From sequence record DRR378314_160: 61,225 bases of DNA. One strand, given 5' to 3'. Under the pieces are notes generated by a model. It did not search any database and was not told the origin of the DNA. It saw only the letters and a list, made by a program, of their open reading frames with translations. Made by a program: the position numbers and the translations under genes. Of the stretch, positions 61,180-61,225 are shown in pieces; the stretch's first letter is position 1; each line of letters begins with the position of its first letter.

Positions 61180-61225
61180 CGGTGGGAAGGCTTGTCCGGG
61201 ACACGCGGTGAATACGTCCCTGTAC
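61180..61225. repeat. Probable left arm of a palindromic intergenic repeat (REP/MITE-like), truncated by the window end
   Basis: GGTGGGAAGGCTTGTCCGGGACACGCGGTGAATACGTCCCTGTAC with an internal GGGAC/GTCCC inverted repeat. It resembles, from memory, a dispersed Marinobacter repeat; only one copy is in the window. Confidence 0.45.

Overview
This ~61 kb window is GC-rich gammaproteobacterial chromosome, very probably Marinobacter (inferred from gene content, synteny and protein sequences). It is mostly core genome. In order it holds: the 5' part of an acyl-CoA dehydrogenase; an uncharacterised two-gene unit (a mini flagellar-rod-like protein and a SprA-related HExxH protein); bioBFHCD divergent from comF; an srkA-cmoAB operon with two unknown membrane proteins; the nnr-tsaE-amiB-mutL-miaA-hfq-hflXKC superoperon followed by hisZ-purA; queG, orn, rsgA, motAB and psd; epmA-efp-epmB; fimW-fimX; serB-parC; an accessory block between parC and parE (MCP, yceJI, EAL protein, SLC13-type permease); and upstream of parE a lipoprotein subtilase with a PrcB-like lipoprotein, a three-gene TRAP/TPAT-like transporter, and atuR/atuA. 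I found no rRNA, tRNA, CRISPR array, transposase or prophage gene. The best candidates for poorly described systems are the TPAT-like transporter next to atuRA, the translationally coupled S8 protease/PrcB lipoprotein pair, the 'D0-only' axial-protein/SprA-related pair, and a 15-codon ORF with a hairpin upstream of the EAL gene. All family assignments come from motif recognition and synteny, not from database searches.
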